DNA from: Alphaproteobacteria bacterium
GTDB taxonomy: Bacteria; Pseudomonadota; Alphaproteobacteria; UBA828
DNA length: 64,000 nt
NCBI GenBank assembly: GCA_963667785.2
Contig: CAXXMU010000001.1
Location: 576,001 to 640,000, forward strand
Direction: 5' to 3'
The position numbers and the translations under genes are program-made. The notes under the pieces are model-generated. The model was not told the origin of the DNA and searched no databases. It saw nothing but the letters and a program-made list of their open reading frames with translations. Below are positions 52,222 through 63,664 of this stretch, piece after piece (within the stretch, counting starts at the first letter, position 1; the number at the start of each line of letters is the position of its first letter).

Positions 52222-52737
52222 TCAGCCGGGCCGTGGCGTGGCCAGCACGCCGAGAGGCCGGAAGAACACCGCGAATACCGGGAAGACGAGCACGGTGATG
52301 ACGATCTGCACGATGATCGGGAGCAACGGGACGAGCGTGCCGAAGCAGGCCGAGGCAATGGCCCAGCCGAGCAGTCCTGCCGCCGGCATCACCATGGCGA
52401 AGCCCCACCAGACCACGAGAAACGGCTTGCCGCGGAAGAAGGTGCGCTGCGAGGCGACGACTCCCTGAACGATGAGGAGCACCAGCGCCGTCATGCCGAG
52501 CGGCGTGCCGGCAAGCAGGTCCTGCAGCACGCCGATGGCGAAGGTCGCCACGTAGGGGAGCCGCTCCGGCCGGTAGATGGTCCAGTAGAAGACGGCCATC
52601 GCGGCGAACGCCGGCGTGACCTCGACGAAGGCGGGCAGCCTCCAGGGCAGCGATCCGGCGAAGACCAGCGCCACCGTCACGGTTACCGGGATCAGGCCGC
52701 GCAGCGAGTGGCCGGCCCGCAGCACCCAGTCGCTCAT
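52222..52737 (-). CDS. mreD: Rod shape-determining protein MreD
   Basis: YW..YRP, G.LQD...G.PLG; hydrophobic; between mreC and mrdA. Confidence 0.9.
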   Translation of the reverse strand: MSDWVLRAGHSLRGLIPVTVTVALVFAGSLPWRLPAFVEVTPAFAAMAVFYWTIYRPERLPYVATFAIGVLQDLLAGTPLGMTALVLLIVQGVVASQRTFFRGKPFLVVWWGFAMVMPAAGLLGWAIASACFGTLVPLLPIIVQIVITVLVFPVFAVFFRPLGVLATPRPG

Positions 52738-53618
52738 CACTGAAGGCTCCCGGTGCGCTCGGCGCGGCGCGTTTCGGGAAAGACGCCCGGCACCACGTAG
52801 TCGAGGATCGTGACGTAGTCGAGCCGCTCCCACACCACGAAGGGATGCACGGTGGCGCGGTCCTTGTCGACCGCAGACACGATCCCGACATCCAGCGCCG
52901 GCGGGAACATGCCGCCTTCTCCCGATGTCACGATCCGGTCGCCGGGCTTCACCTGCGCGCCTGTCGCGAGGAAGGCGAGATAGGGATGCGGGCTGTTGTC
53001 GCCGCGCAGGATGGTGCGGTCGCGGCTCTCCTCAAGGACCACCGGGATACGCGAGTTCAGGTCCGTGAGCAGGAGGATCCGCGCCGTGTGCTCGCCGGCC
53101 TCCAGCACGCGGCCCACCAGCCCGTCGTGGTTGACCACCGCCTGGCCCCGGCGGACGCCGTGGGACTGGCCGGCGTTGACCATCACCATGTGGATGAACG
53201 GCCCACCCGAATCGGCGATGACCCGGGCGGTGACGAATTGCGTCCGCTGGTCCGGCACCACCTTGAGCAGCCGGCGGAACATCTCGTTCTCGTAGCCGAG
53301 CTGCTCGGCCACCGCCTGCCACTTGCGGAGCGTGGCGTTGTCGCTCTCGAGGCGCTCGTTGCGCTCGTGCACGACCAGCATGCCGCCAAGCTCGTCCACG
53401 CCGTCGGCGATCGTCGTGGCCGGGCGCGAGAAGAAACTGAAGACCGGAGCCACGGCATCGGCCACGCCGACCCGCAGCGTCTCAACCAGACGAGGCTCCG
53501 CCTGGCTGATGATCATGAGCGTGATCGCGGCACACGCCAGGATCGCGTAAGCGAAGCGTTGGGCGAATGCCCTCCCCGGCACGGCCAGAACGAGATGGCG
53601 ACCGCGGCCAACCCTCAC
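52737..53618 (-). CDS. mreC: Rod shape-determining protein MreC
   Basis: TM plus coiled coil, GLVGRV, TSG.GG.FP. Confidence 0.93.
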   Translation of the reverse strand: MRVGRGRHLVLAVPGRAFAQRFAYAILACAAITLMIISQAEPRLVETLRVGVADAVAPVFSFFSRPATTIADGVDELGGMLVVHERNERLESDNATLRKWQAVAEQLGYENEMFRRLLKVVPDQRTQFVTARVIADSGGPFIHMVMVNAGQSHGVRRGQAVVNHDGLVGRVLEAGEHTARILLLTDLNSRIPVVLEESRDRTILRGDNSPHPYLAFLATGAQVKPGDRIVTSGEGGMFPPALDVGIVSAVDKDRATVHPFVVWERLDYVTILDYVVPGVFPETRRAERTGSLQ

Positions 53619-53674
53619 TCAGACCTCCATGCGACACGCAGCCTCCCCGACTCGGAGGCCGCGAAGCTGGGTGT

Positions 53675-54730
<1,056 letters not shown>

Positions 54731-54780
54731 TCAGACGGCGACGGAGCGTAGGGGCGTCGGCCGGCGCCCGCCGTCGTCGT

Positions 54781-56331
54781 TCATGCCGACAATGCCTCCG
54801 GAGCCGACTTCTCGCGCTTGACCAGAAGCTTGTTGAGCGCGTGCACGTAGGCCAGCACCGAGGCCACGATGGTGTCGATGTGCGCGCTCTGCCCGTTCAC
54901 CGTGCGCCCGTCCTCCTCCAGCCTCACGCTCACCTCGGCCTGGGCGTCGGTGCCCTCCGTCACTGCGTGGACCTGATAGAGCTGGAGCCTGGCCTCGTGC
55001 GGGTAGATCGCCTTGATTGCGTTGAACGCCGCATCGACGGGGCCGTTGCCGGTGGCGCGCGCCTCCGCCTCCTCGCCGTCGATGGCGAGCGTCAGCGAGG
55101 CTTCCTGCGGCCCCGACGAGCCGCAGGAGACGGCAAGCGAGCCGAAGCGGATACGGTCGTTCGCGCCGGCGACCTCGGTGTCGACGAGCGCGATGATGTC
55201 CTCGTCGAAGAGTTCCTTCTTCTTGTCGGCGAGATCCTTGAAGCGCACGAACGCTTCCTGAAGCGCGTTGTCGCCGAGCTCGGTGTAGCCCAGGCTGCGC
55301 AGCTTCTCGCGGAAGGCGTGCCTGCCCGAATGCTTGCCCATGACGAGCGTCGACTGCACCAGGCCGACCGATTCGGGCGTCATGATCTCGTAGGTCTGCG
55401 CGTCCTTCAGCACGCCGTCCTGGTGGATTCCCGCCTCGTGGGCGAAGGCGTTGGCGCCCACGATCGCCTTGTTCGGCTGCACCACGAAGCCGGTGACCGC
55501 CGAGACCAGGCGCGAAGCGTGCATGATGCTCTCGGTCCTGATGCCGGTCTCGTAGTCGAGCAGGTCGTTGCGCGTGCGCAGCGCCATGACGATCTCTTCC
55601 ATCGCGGCGTTGCCGGCACGCTCGCCGAGCCCGTTGATGGTGCATTCCACCTGGCGCGCGCCCGCCTGCACGGCGCCGAGCGAGTTGGCGACCGCGAGGC
55701 CGAGATCGTTGTGGCAATGCACGCTGAGCACCGCCTTGTCGATGTTGGGCACCCGGTCCAGCAGCATGGCGATAAGCGCCGCGAACTCGTCCGGAACCGC
55801 GTAGCCGACGGTATCGGGGATGTTGATGGTGCCGGCGCCGGCCTTGATCGCGGATTCGACGCAGCGGCAGAGGAAGTCGTGCTCGGTGCGCGAGCCGTCC
55901 TCGCAGGACCACTCGACATCGTCGGTGAACTTGCGCGCGTAAGACACGCTGTCGATCACCGCCGCATGCACGGCGTCCGGCTCCATCTGCAGCTTGACGC
56001 GCATGTGGAGCGGGCTGGTGGAGATGAAGGTGTGGATGCGCCCGGAACGCGCCGGCGCCAGCGCCTCAGCCGCCCGATCGATATCGCGCCGGCCGGCGCG
56101 GGCAAGACCGCAGACGGTGCTCTCCTTCACCACCTTGGCGACCTCGCGAACCGCCTCGAAATCGCCGTTCGACGCGATGGGGAAGCCGGCCTCGATCACG
56201 TCGACCCGCATCTCCTCGAGCACCTCGGCGATCCGGAGCTTCTCCTCGAGATTCATCGACGCGCCCGGCGACTGCTCGCCATCGCGCATCGTCGTATCGA
56301 ATATTCGGACTCGGTTCCCTGTGTCGGTCAT
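54781..56331 (-). CDS. leuA: 2-isopropylmalate synthase
   Basis: FDTTMRDGEQ, HCHNDLG, GERAGN, H.AGIHQDG, GNGPVDA regulatory domain. Confidence 0.96.
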   Translation of the reverse strand: MTDTGNRVRIFDTTMRDGEQSPGASMNLEEKLRIAEVLEEMRVDVIEAGFPIASNGDFEAVREVAKVVKESTVCGLARAGRRDIDRAAEALAPARSGRIHTFISTSPLHMRVKLQMEPDAVHAAVIDSVSYARKFTDDVEWSCEDGSRTEHDFLCRCVESAIKAGAGTINIPDTVGYAVPDEFAALIAMLLDRVPNIDKAVLSVHCHNDLGLAVANSLGAVQAGARQVECTINGLGERAGNAAMEEIVMALRTRNDLLDYETGIRTESIMHASRLVSAVTGFVVQPNKAIVGANAFAHEAGIHQDGVLKDAQTYEIMTPESVGLVQSTLVMGKHSGRHAFREKLRSLGYTELGDNALQEAFVRFKDLADKKKELFDEDIIALVDTEVAGANDRIRFGSLAVSCGSSGPQEASLTLAIDGEEAEARATGNGPVDAAFNAIKAIYPHEARLQLYQVHAVTEGTDAQAEVSVRLEEDGRTVNGQSAHIDTIVASVLAYVHALNKLLVKREKSAPEALSA

Positions 56332-56375
56332 GGCGGGCACCCCTTCACCCCGGCGGCTACGATGGTCATCGCGCT

Positions 56376-56418
56376 CCCCTGGACGGTGGTCGATCGCGCG
56401 CGACGCACCGCTCAGGGG
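56376..56418 (-). promoter_or_regulatory. Hairpin in the leuA 5' leader (candidate attenuation/translation control element)
   Basis: CCCCTG..CGGTG / CACCG..CAGGGG arms; overlaps the TGA of an upstream ORF ending ...RLSCP. Confidence 0.35.
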
Positions 56419-56673
56419 CAGCTAAGTCGCCGCCCGCCTGGGGTGAGACCTGCCGCGGCCGCCGCTTCGCACACCTCGGGCGTGCCCTCCGGCTCGTTCT
56501 CCCACGATGCCATCATCGGACCATGCCCCAGACCCTGCCTGCACGAATTCGGCAACCCACCGGCGCGGCGCAACGCAGAATCGCCGCGGCCACGCACCTT
56601 TTACGCCCAACTCATTGGGCTAGGCAATAATATTGTCGCTGCCCGCCTGCGCCCATCCGGCCGCGGCGGGGCC

Positions 56674-57693
56674 TCAGTTCTTGCTGCGGTCCACCAGCCG
56701 GGCCTCGGCGATCCACGGCATCATCGCCCTGAGCCGCTCGCCCACCTCCTCGATCGGGTGCTCGGCCGCGCGCGCGCGCATCGCCTTGAAGGAAGACTGG
56801 CCGGCCGCATTCTCGGTCATCCATTCGGTGGTGAAGCGGCCGTTCTGGATGTCGGCGAGGATCTGCTTCATCCGCGCCCGCGTGTCTTCGTCGACCACCC
56901 GGGGGCCGCGCGTGTAGTCGCCGTACTCGGCGGTGTTGGAGATCGAGTAGCGCATGTTGGCGATGCCGCCCTCGTACATCAGGTCGACGATCAGCTTGAC
57001 CTCGTGCAGGCACTCGAAATAGGCCATCTCGGGCGCGTAGCCGGCGTCCACCAGGGTCTCCCAGGCGGCGGTGATGAGCGAGGTGAGGCCGCCGCAGAGC
57101 ACCACCTGCTCGCCGAAGAGGTCGGTCTCCACCTCCTCTCGGAAGCTGGTCTCGATGATGCCGGCGCGGCCGCCGCCGATTCCGGCCGCATAGGAGAGGC
57201 CGATCTCCTTGGCATTGCCGGATGCATCCCGCGCCAGCGCCAGCAGGCAGGGGACGCCGCCGCCGCGCTGGTATTCCGAGCGGACCGTATGCCCCGGCCC
57301 CTTGGGCGCCACCATGAAGACGTCGAGATCGGGCCGGGGCTCGATCAGGCGGAAGTGGATGTTGAGCCCATGGGCGAAAGCCAGCGCCGCGCCCTCCTTC
57401 ATGGCGCCGTGCAGCACGTCGGCATAGAGCTGGCGCTGCAGCTCGTCCGGGGTGAGGATCATCACCACGTCGCCGAACCGGGCGGCCTCCTCGATGTCCA
57501 TGACCGTGAGCCCGGCGGCCTCGACCTTGGCCGCGCTCGTCGACCCCGGCCTGAGCCCGACGGCGACGTCGGCGACCCCGCTCTCCTTCAGGTTGTTCGC
57601 GTGCGCGAAGCCCTGGCTGCCGTAGCCGATGATCGACACCTTCTTCGACTTGATGAGGTTCAGGTCGGCATCGCGATCGTAGTAGACCCGCAT
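56674..57693 (-). CDS. ilvC: Ketol-acid reductoisomerase
   Basis: IGYGSQG.AHA.NL, APKGPGH, DLFGEQ, SNTAEYG. Confidence 0.97.
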   Translation of the reverse strand: MRVYYDRDADLNLIKSKKVSIIGYGSQGFAHANNLKESGVADVAVGLRPGSTSAAKVEAAGLTVMDIEEAARFGDVVMILTPDELQRQLYADVLHGAMKEGAALAFAHGLNIHFRLIEPRPDLDVFMVAPKGPGHTVRSEYQRGGGVPCLLALARDASGNAKEIGLSYAAGIGGGRAGIIETSFREEVETDLFGEQVVLCGGLTSLITAAWETLVDAGYAPEMAYFECLHEVKLIVDLMYEGGIANMRYSISNTAEYGDYTRGPRVVDEDTRARMKQILADIQNGRFTTEWMTENAAGQSSFKAMRARAAEHPIEEVGERLRAMMPWIAEARLVDRSKN

Positions 57694-57749
57694 CGTGCTC
57701 TCTCCCGATAGGCTGATTGGGTGTTGTCTGCGGCCGGCCGCCGCGTCGG

Positions 57750-58256
57750 TCAGATCGACCCCTTGCCGCGCGAGATCGCGACCACGCCGGTGCGCGATAT
57801 CTCGGTCAGGCCGAGCGGGGTCATCAGCCGGATGAAGGCGTCGATCTTGTCGCCGTTGCCGGTCATCTCGAACACGAACGAATCGATCTCGCTGTCCACC
57901 ACATGGGCGCGGAAGATGTCCGCGATCCTGAGCGATTCGACCCGCTTCTCGCCGGTGGCGACGACCTTGATCAGGGCGAGCTCGCGCTCGATGTAGGGGC
58001 CCTCGGTGCCGAGGTCGGAGACCTTGTGGATCGGCACCAGGCGATCGAGCTGCGCCTTGATCTGCTCGATGACCATGGGCGAGCCCGAGGTCACGAGGTT
58101 GATGCGCGAGAGGCGCTGGTCGCGCTCGACCTCGGCGACGGTCAGGCTCTCGATGTTGTAGCCGCGGCCTGAGAAGAGGCCGATGACCCGCGCCAGCACG
58201 CCGGGCTCGTTCTCGACCAGCACAGACAGCGTGCGGCGCTCGGCAGTCTCGTCCAC
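57750..58256 (-). CDS. ilvN: Acetolactate synthase small subunit
   Basis: [30 protein letters not shown]. Confidence 0.95.
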   Translation of the reverse strand: MDETAERRTLSVLVENEPGVLARVIGLFSGRGYNIESLTVAEVERDQRLSRINLVTSGSPMVIEQIKAQLDRLVPIHKVSDLGTEGPYIERELALIKVVATGEKRVESLRIADIFRAHVVDSEIDSFVFEMTGNGDKIDAFIRLMTPLGLTEISRTGVVAISRGKGSI

Positions 58257-58362
58257 GGCCGTTCCTCCCGGCCGCCTAGCGGCGGACGGCGCGGCGCGGC
58301 CGGCATACTGGCGTGCCGGACGGCGGCTTGGCGATTGGCGTCATCGGTCGGTGTCCGGGATC

Positions 58363-60156
58363 CTAGACGAGCACCATCCCGTCTTCGGAGCGCTCCTCGA
58401 GCTCGCCGTGCTCGGGCCCAAGCTTCATCTCGTAGTGTGCGGCACCCGCCGGGATCATCGGATAGACGTTCTCTTCCTTGTCCACGAGGATGTCGGCGAT
58501 CACCGGCCCCGGCGTCTCGATCATGGCCCGGATCACGTCGTCCACCTCCTCGGGCCGGCTGGCCCGGAGTCCGGTTGCGCCGAACGATTCCGCGAGCTTC
58601 ACGAAGTCCGGCAGCGAATCCATGTAGCTCTCGGCATAGCGGCCGCCGTGGAAGAACTCCTGCCACTGGCGCACCATGCCCATGTACTCGTTGTTGAGCA
58701 GGAAGGTCTTCACCGGCAGCCGGTACTGCACCATGGTGGAGAGCTCCTGAATGACCATGAGGAGCGAGGCCTCGCCGGCGATGTCGATGACGAGCGAATC
58801 GGGATGGGCCACCTGCACGCCCATCGCCGCAGGAAAGCCGTAGCCCATGGTGCCCAGCCCCCCGGAGGTCATCCAGCGGTTGGGCTCCTCGAACTTCAGG
58901 AACTGGGCCGCCCACATCTGGTGCTGGCCCACCTCGGTGGTGAAGTAGGCGTCCCGCCCCTTGGTCGCTTCGTAGAGCCGCTGGAGCGCGTATTGCGGCT
59001 TGATGGAGCTGTTGGAGCCCTTGTAGCGCAGGCAGTCGCGCCCGCGCCACGCATCGAGCTGCCGCCACCACGCCGCCAGCGCCTCGGCGTTGGCCGCCGC
59101 GCCGCCCGCTTCCCACTCGGCCGCGATGGCGTCGACCGCGAGCCCCGCGTCGCCGAGGATGGCGACGTCCACCGGCACGTTCTTGTTGATGGACGAGGGG
59201 TCGATGTCGATCTGTACCTTGGTCGAGCCGCGCGAGAAATCGGCGAGCCGGCCGGTGACGCGATCGTCGAAGCGGGCGCCGACCGCGATCATCAGGTCGC
59301 ACTCGGCCATCGCCATGTTGGCTTCGTAGGTGCCGTGCATCCCCAGCATGCCGAGGAAGAGCGGGTCGGAGCCCGGATAGCAGCCGAGCCCCATCAGCGT
59401 GTTGGTGATGGGAAAGCCGGTGCGGCGCACCAGCGCCGCGAGGCTCTGCGCGGCACCGGGGCCGGCATTGATGACGCCGCCGCCGGCATAGAAGAGCGGG
59501 CGCTTGGCGGCGGCCATCAGCTCGACCGTGCGCTTGACCGCATCTGCATCAGGCTCCCGCTGCGGCCGGTAGGAGCGATGGTCCAGGCCGTTGCCCGGCG
59601 CCCTGGCCTCCTCATAGGGCGCCTTGGCCATCACCACGTCCTTCGGCAGGTCGACGACGACGGGGCCGGGCCGGCCGGCGCTGGCGATATGGAAGGCCTC
59701 GCGGATCGTCGAGCAGAGCCGGTCGACCTCCTTGACCAGGTAGTTGTGCTTGGTGCAGGGGCGCGTGATCCCCACCGTGTCGGCTTCCTGGAAGGCGTCG
59801 TTGCCGATCATGTGGGTCGGCACCTGGCCGGTGAGGCAGACGACCGGGATGCTATCCATGAGCGCATCGGTGAGCCCGGTGACGCTGTTGGTGGCGCCGG
59901 GGCCGGAGGTGACCAGCACCGTGCCGACCTTGCCGGTCGAGCGCGCATAGCCCTCGGCCGCGTGGACCGCGCCCTGCTCGTGCCGCACCAGGATGTGGCG
60001 CAGCTCGTTCTGCTTGAAGATGGCGTCGTAGATCGGCAGCACCGCGCCGCCGGGGTAGCCGAACACCACGTCGACGCCGAGGTCGACCAGGGTGCGGACG
60101 ACCAGCTCGGCCCCGGTCAGCTCGGCCGAGGCGTGATCCGCGGCTTCCGATGTCAC
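58363..60156 (-). CDS. ilvB: Acetolactate synthase large subunit
   Basis: FGYPGGAVLP, RHEQGA, TSGPGATN, GMHG, SGGLGTMG, GMVRQWQ; GGAAGGAG RBS before GTG 60156. Confidence 0.96.
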   Translation of the reverse strand: MTSEAADHASAELTGAELVVRTLVDLGVDVVFGYPGGAVLPIYDAIFKQNELRHILVRHEQGAVHAAEGYARSTGKVGTVLVTSGPGATNSVTGLTDALMDSIPVVCLTGQVPTHMIGNDAFQEADTVGITRPCTKHNYLVKEVDRLCSTIREAFHIASAGRPGPVVVDLPKDVVMAKAPYEEARAPGNGLDHRSYRPQREPDADAVKRTVELMAAAKRPLFYAGGGVINAGPGAAQSLAALVRRTGFPITNTLMGLGCYPGSDPLFLGMLGMHGTYEANMAMAECDLMIAVGARFDDRVTGRLADFSRGSTKVQIDIDPSSINKNVPVDVAILGDAGLAVDAIAAEWEAGGAAANAEALAAWWRQLDAWRGRDCLRYKGSNSSIKPQYALQRLYEATKGRDAYFTTEVGQHQMWAAQFLKFEEPNRWMTSGGLGTMGYGFPAAMGVQVAHPDSLVIDIAGEASLLMVIQELSTMVQYRLPVKTFLLNNEYMGMVRQWQEFFHGGRYAESYMDSLPDFVKLAESFGATGLRASRPEEVDDVIRAMIETPGPVIADILVDKEENVYPMIPAGAAHYEMKLGPEHGELEERSEDGMVLV

Positions 60157-60269
60157 GACGGTCTCCTTCCTGCGCGCATGCGCAACCGTCCCTCTGTCTG
60201 GCGGGAGGGTCGGCCGGCCCCCGAACGTGCGCACGAGCGCGCCCGTGTCGGTGGGCGGACAGTAGACGC

Positions 60270-61226
60270 TCACCCGGTGCCGGTCAATAGCAGCCGCTCG
60301 ACGAGGGCAAGGGATTCCCGTTTCGATTCCGCATGGTAACGGTCCGGCATCCGGGCCTGACCGGGCATCTGGGTGCGGAACCAGGTGGTCTGGCGCTTGG
60401 CATAGCGGCGCGTCGCCTGGCGGCCGAGCACGACCGCACGCTCCAGCGGACTCTTGCCCGCGAGATGATCGAGCAGGGCGCGAAGGCCGACCGCCTTCAT
60501 CACCGGCAGGCCGGGATCGAGACCGCGCGCGAGCAGCCGCGCCGCCTCGTCGAGCGCGCCCGCCGCCATCATGGCGTCGAAGCGCGCGTTGCAGGCGTCG
60601 TAGAGCGCCTCGCGCGGCGGCTCGAGGACGAGCACGGCCGCGCGGCCCGCATAGCGCTCGTGCCGCTCCTCCTGCCAAGAGAGCAGCGAACGGCCGGTCG
60701 CCTCGATCACCTCGTAGGCCCGCATGATCCGCTGGCTGTCGCCGGGCTCGAGCCGCCGCGCCGCCTCGGGATCGCGCACGGCGAGGCGCGCGTGCAGGGC
60801 GGCGCTGCCGTCCTGCGCAAGCAGCGCGCGGGCAGCCGCGCGCACGCTCTCGGGTATGGCCGGCACCGGCGCGAGGCCTTCGAGCAGCGCCCTGAGGTAG
60901 AACCCCGTGCCCCCCACCAGGATCGGCAGCGCGCCGTCTGCGCGGATTTGCTCGATTTCCGCCATCGCCAGGGCGCGCCAGCGTCCCGCCGAGCAGCGCT
61001 CCGTGCCGTCGAGCACGCCGTAGAGCCGGTGCGGCGCGCGCGCGCGGAGGTCTTCGTCTGGCCACGATGTCAGGATCGGCAGGTCCCGATAGAGCTGCAT
61101 GCTGTCGGCGTTGACCACCACGCCGCCGACGCGCCGGGCGGCATCGGCCGCGAGCGCCGACTTGCCGCTCGCCGTCGGGCCGCCGATCACCAGTATCGAG
61201 GGCCGGTCCCGGGCTTCGGCGTGCAT
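60270..61226 (-). CDS. miaA: tRNA dimethylallyltransferase
   Basis: GPTASGKS, NADSMQ.Y, VGGTGFY, TRRYAKRQ.TW. Confidence 0.95.
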   Translation of the reverse strand: MHAEARDRPSILVIGGPTASGKSALAADAARRVGGVVVNADSMQLYRDLPILTSWPDEDLRARAPHRLYGVLDGTERCSAGRWRALAMAEIEQIRADGALPILVGGTGFYLRALLEGLAPVPAIPESVRAAARALLAQDGSAALHARLAVRDPEAARRLEPGDSQRIMRAYEVIEATGRSLLSWQEERHERYAGRAAVLVLEPPREALYDACNARFDAMMAAGALDEAARLLARGLDPGLPVMKAVGLRALLDHLAGKSPLERAVVLGRQATRRYAKRQTTWFRTQMPGQARMPDRYHAESKRESLALVERLLLTGTG

Positions 61227-61234
61227 GCGCGGCG

Positions 61235-62455
61235 TCAGGACAGGACCAGCGAGACCAGTCCGTCGGCGAGCTTGGGTTCGAACCAGGTGGTCTTCGGCGG
61301 CAGGATCGCGCCGGCATCGGCGACCGCCATGAGGTCGTCGACGGAGGACGGATGGAGTGAGAAGGCGACCGAGGCCTCGCCGCCGTCGACCGCCGCGGCG
61401 AGCGCCGCCGTGCCGCGCCCGCCGCCCACGAAGTCGATGCGCGCATCGAGCCTCGGATCGCCGACGCCGAGAACGGGGCCGAGCACGAGGCGCGCGAGGA
61501 TCGAGACGTCGAGCCCTTCCACCACGGAGTCCGCGTTTCGCTCGCGCTCGTCGGCCGCGAGGCTGTACCAGCGGCCGTCCACATACATGCCGAACGTGGC
61601 CGGCCGTGCGGGCTCCACCGGGGCATCCGCCGGCTCGCAACTGAGCGCGGTGCCGATCGCCTGCAGGAACGCCGCCGGTGACAATCCGTTCAGCCCCCGC
61701 ACGATGCGGTGATAGCCGAGGATCCGCACCTCGTCGGCGGGGAAGTTCACCGTCAGCAGGCGGGGGTCCGGCCCGCCCGCCGCGCGACACGCCGTGCGGC
61801 CTGCGGCGGCACGGTGGTGGCCGTCGGCGATGTAGAGCGCGCCGATCGCATCGAAGCGCGCCGCCAGCGCCTCGATCTCGCCCGTGCCGTCGATCGGCCA
61901 GAGCGTGTGGGTCACCGCGCCGTCGAGCACGCAGCGGCTGAGCGGCGGCGGCTCGCAGGCCGCCGCGATCAGCCGGCGCACCTCTGCGTCCGGCCGGTGA
62001 ATCGCGAGGATGGGGCCGGTATGCGCGCCGAGCGCCGCGATGTGGCGGGCGCGGTCGGCCTCCTTGTCCGGCCGGGTCGATTCGTGCCGCTTGATCGCGC
62101 CCCCCTCGTAGGCTGCGAGCGAGGCCGCTCCTGCCAGCCCCGTTTGCGCGCGGCCGCCCGCCTCCATGCGCCAGGCGTAGAACCGGGGCGCCTGATCCCG
62201 GATCAGCAGCCCGTCCGCGATCATGCGCGCGAAGGTCGCGGCCGCACTGTCGTAGAGGGCCTGGGCGCCGGGCGGCGTCTCGGGCGCGAGGTCGATCTCG
62301 GGCCGCGAGACATGGAGGAAGCTCCAGGGCCGCCCCTGCACGGCGGCGCGGGCTTCCGCCGCCGACAACACGTCGTAGGGCGGTGCCGCCACCGCGTCCG
62401 CGTGCTCGGGCGCCGCGCGGAGCCCGGCGAAGGGCGCTAGCAGCCGGCCGCTCAC
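61235..62455 (-). CDS. DUF1015-family protein
   Basis: PPYDV, SFLHV..PE, I.RHE.T...KE.DR, YIADGHHR, PPK.TWF.PKL..GL. Confidence 0.9.
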   Translation of the reverse strand: MSGRLLAPFAGLRAAPEHADAVAAPPYDVLSAAEARAAVQGRPWSFLHVSRPEIDLAPETPPGAQALYDSAAATFARMIADGLLIRDQAPRFYAWRMEAGGRAQTGLAGAASLAAYEGGAIKRHESTRPDKEADRARHIAALGAHTGPILAIHRPDAEVRRLIAAACEPPPLSRCVLDGAVTHTLWPIDGTGEIEALAARFDAIGALYIADGHHRAAAGRTACRAAGGPDPRLLTVNFPADEVRILGYHRIVRGLNGLSPAAFLQAIGTALSCEPADAPVEPARPATFGMYVDGRWYSLAADERERNADSVVEGLDVSILARLVLGPVLGVGDPRLDARIDFVGGGRGTAALAAAVDGGEASVAFSLHPSSVDDLMAVADAGAILPPKTTWFEPKLADGLVSLVLS

Positions 62456-62491
62456 CCCGCGTGTGCTCCCCGAGTCACGACCGCCCCGCTC

Positions 62492-62686
62492 CTAGTTGAC
62501 GAGCCAGACCAGCAGCAGGCCTGCCAGCGCCGCGCTCGTGCCGACGGCGCGGATCCGGCCCACCGGCTGGGCCAGCACCCGCTCGATGCTGCGTCGCATG
62601 GTGCCGGGAAAGAGCGCATAGAGGCCGCCTTCGATGACGAAGATGAGCCCGATGGCGGTCAGGAACAGGGTGAGCTCGTCGCTCAT
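62492..62686 (-). CDS. DUF2065 small membrane protein
   Basis: GL.FVIEG..YALFP; follows hflC. Confidence 0.88.
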   Translation of the reverse strand: MSDELTLFLTAIGLIFVIEGGLYALFPGTMRRSIERVLAQPVGRIRAVGTSAALAGLLLVWLVN

Positions 62687-62746
62687 GGCCGGATCGTTCG
62701 GAGCGGCCCGCGTCCCGGCACAGGTCCGGCCCGCGGCCGGGGCGCG

Positions 62747-63661
62747 CTACTCGGTGGTCGCCGGAGCGGGTGCCGGGGGCAGCACGATGTCGTCGAAGAA
62801 GCGGAAGAACTCGCTGTCGGGCGACAGGACCATGCTCGTGTCGTCGTCGCCGAGGGATGCGCGATAGGCCTGCATGGTCCGGTAAAAGGCGTAGAACTCG
62901 GGATCGCGTCCATACGCGTCGCGCGAGATGCGGAGCGCCTCTTCGTCGCCCTCGCCGCGCAGGGTCTGGGACTCGCGCTCGGCCTCGGCCAGAATCACCA
63001 CCCGCTCGCGGTCCGCGCGGGAGCGGATGCGCTGCGACTCTTCCTCGCCCTGCGCCCTGAACTCCTTGGCCTCGCGCTCGCGCTCGGTCTGCATGCGCTG
63101 ATAGACCGCCTGGCTGTTCTCCTCCGGCAAGTCGGCGCGGCGGATACGCACGTCGATCACGTCGACGCCGAAGCCGGTCGACTGCCGGTTCACCTGGTCC
63201 CTGATCTCGGTCATCAGCTGCGCGCGCTCGCCCGAGAGCACGGTGATCAGCTCGACCGTGCCCAGCACCTGACGCGTGCTGGCGTTGAGGATCGCGCCGA
63301 GCCTCGCGCGGGCCACCGCCTCGTTGCCGACCGACTGGAAGAATTTTAGGGGATCGATGATCCGGTAGCGGATGAAGGCGTCCACCACTAGCCGCTTCTG
63401 GTCGCCGAGGATCATTTCCTCCGCCGGCGCGTTGAAGTCGAGCACGCGCTTCTCGAAATACTCGACGTTCTGGACGAAGGGCGTCTTGAAGCGGAGCCCC
63501 GGCTCGTCCGTGCCCCACTGGTTCACCACCTTGATGGGCTCGCCCAACTGGAGGAGGATCGCCTGCTCGTCTTCCCGCACCTTGAAGGTGGAGATCAGGA
63601 TCAGGACGATGGCCACGAGGATGACCGCGGCGCCGATGATGATCTTGGTCCGGGTGCTCAT
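62747..63661 (-). CDS. hflC: Protease modulator HflC
   Basis: SPFH domain, D.KRL.VD, DVRI.R.DLP, RM.TER, FY.FYR....Y. Confidence 0.95.
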   Translation of the reverse strand: MSTRTKIIIGAAVILVAIVLILISTFKVREDEQAILLQLGEPIKVVNQWGTDEPGLRFKTPFVQNVEYFEKRVLDFNAPAEEMILGDQKRLVVDAFIRYRIIDPLKFFQSVGNEAVARARLGAILNASTRQVLGTVELITVLSGERAQLMTEIRDQVNRQSTGFGVDVIDVRIRRADLPEENSQAVYQRMQTEREREAKEFRAQGEEESQRIRSRADRERVVILAEAERESQTLRGEGDEEALRISRDAYGRDPEFYAFYRTMQAYRASLGDDDTSMVLSPDSEFFRFFDDIVLPPAPAPATTE

Positions 63662-63664
63662 GGC

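Noticed and set aside
60157-60270. Ile/Val/Leu leader-peptide attenuator before ilvB
   Set aside because: There is no short ORF with a run of branched-chain codons and no hairpin followed by a U-tract.
58363-61626. 1087-aa ORF suggesting an extended IlvB
   Set aside because: The N-terminal part overlaps miaA and DUF1015 out of frame; IlvB starts at GTG 60156 with an RBS.
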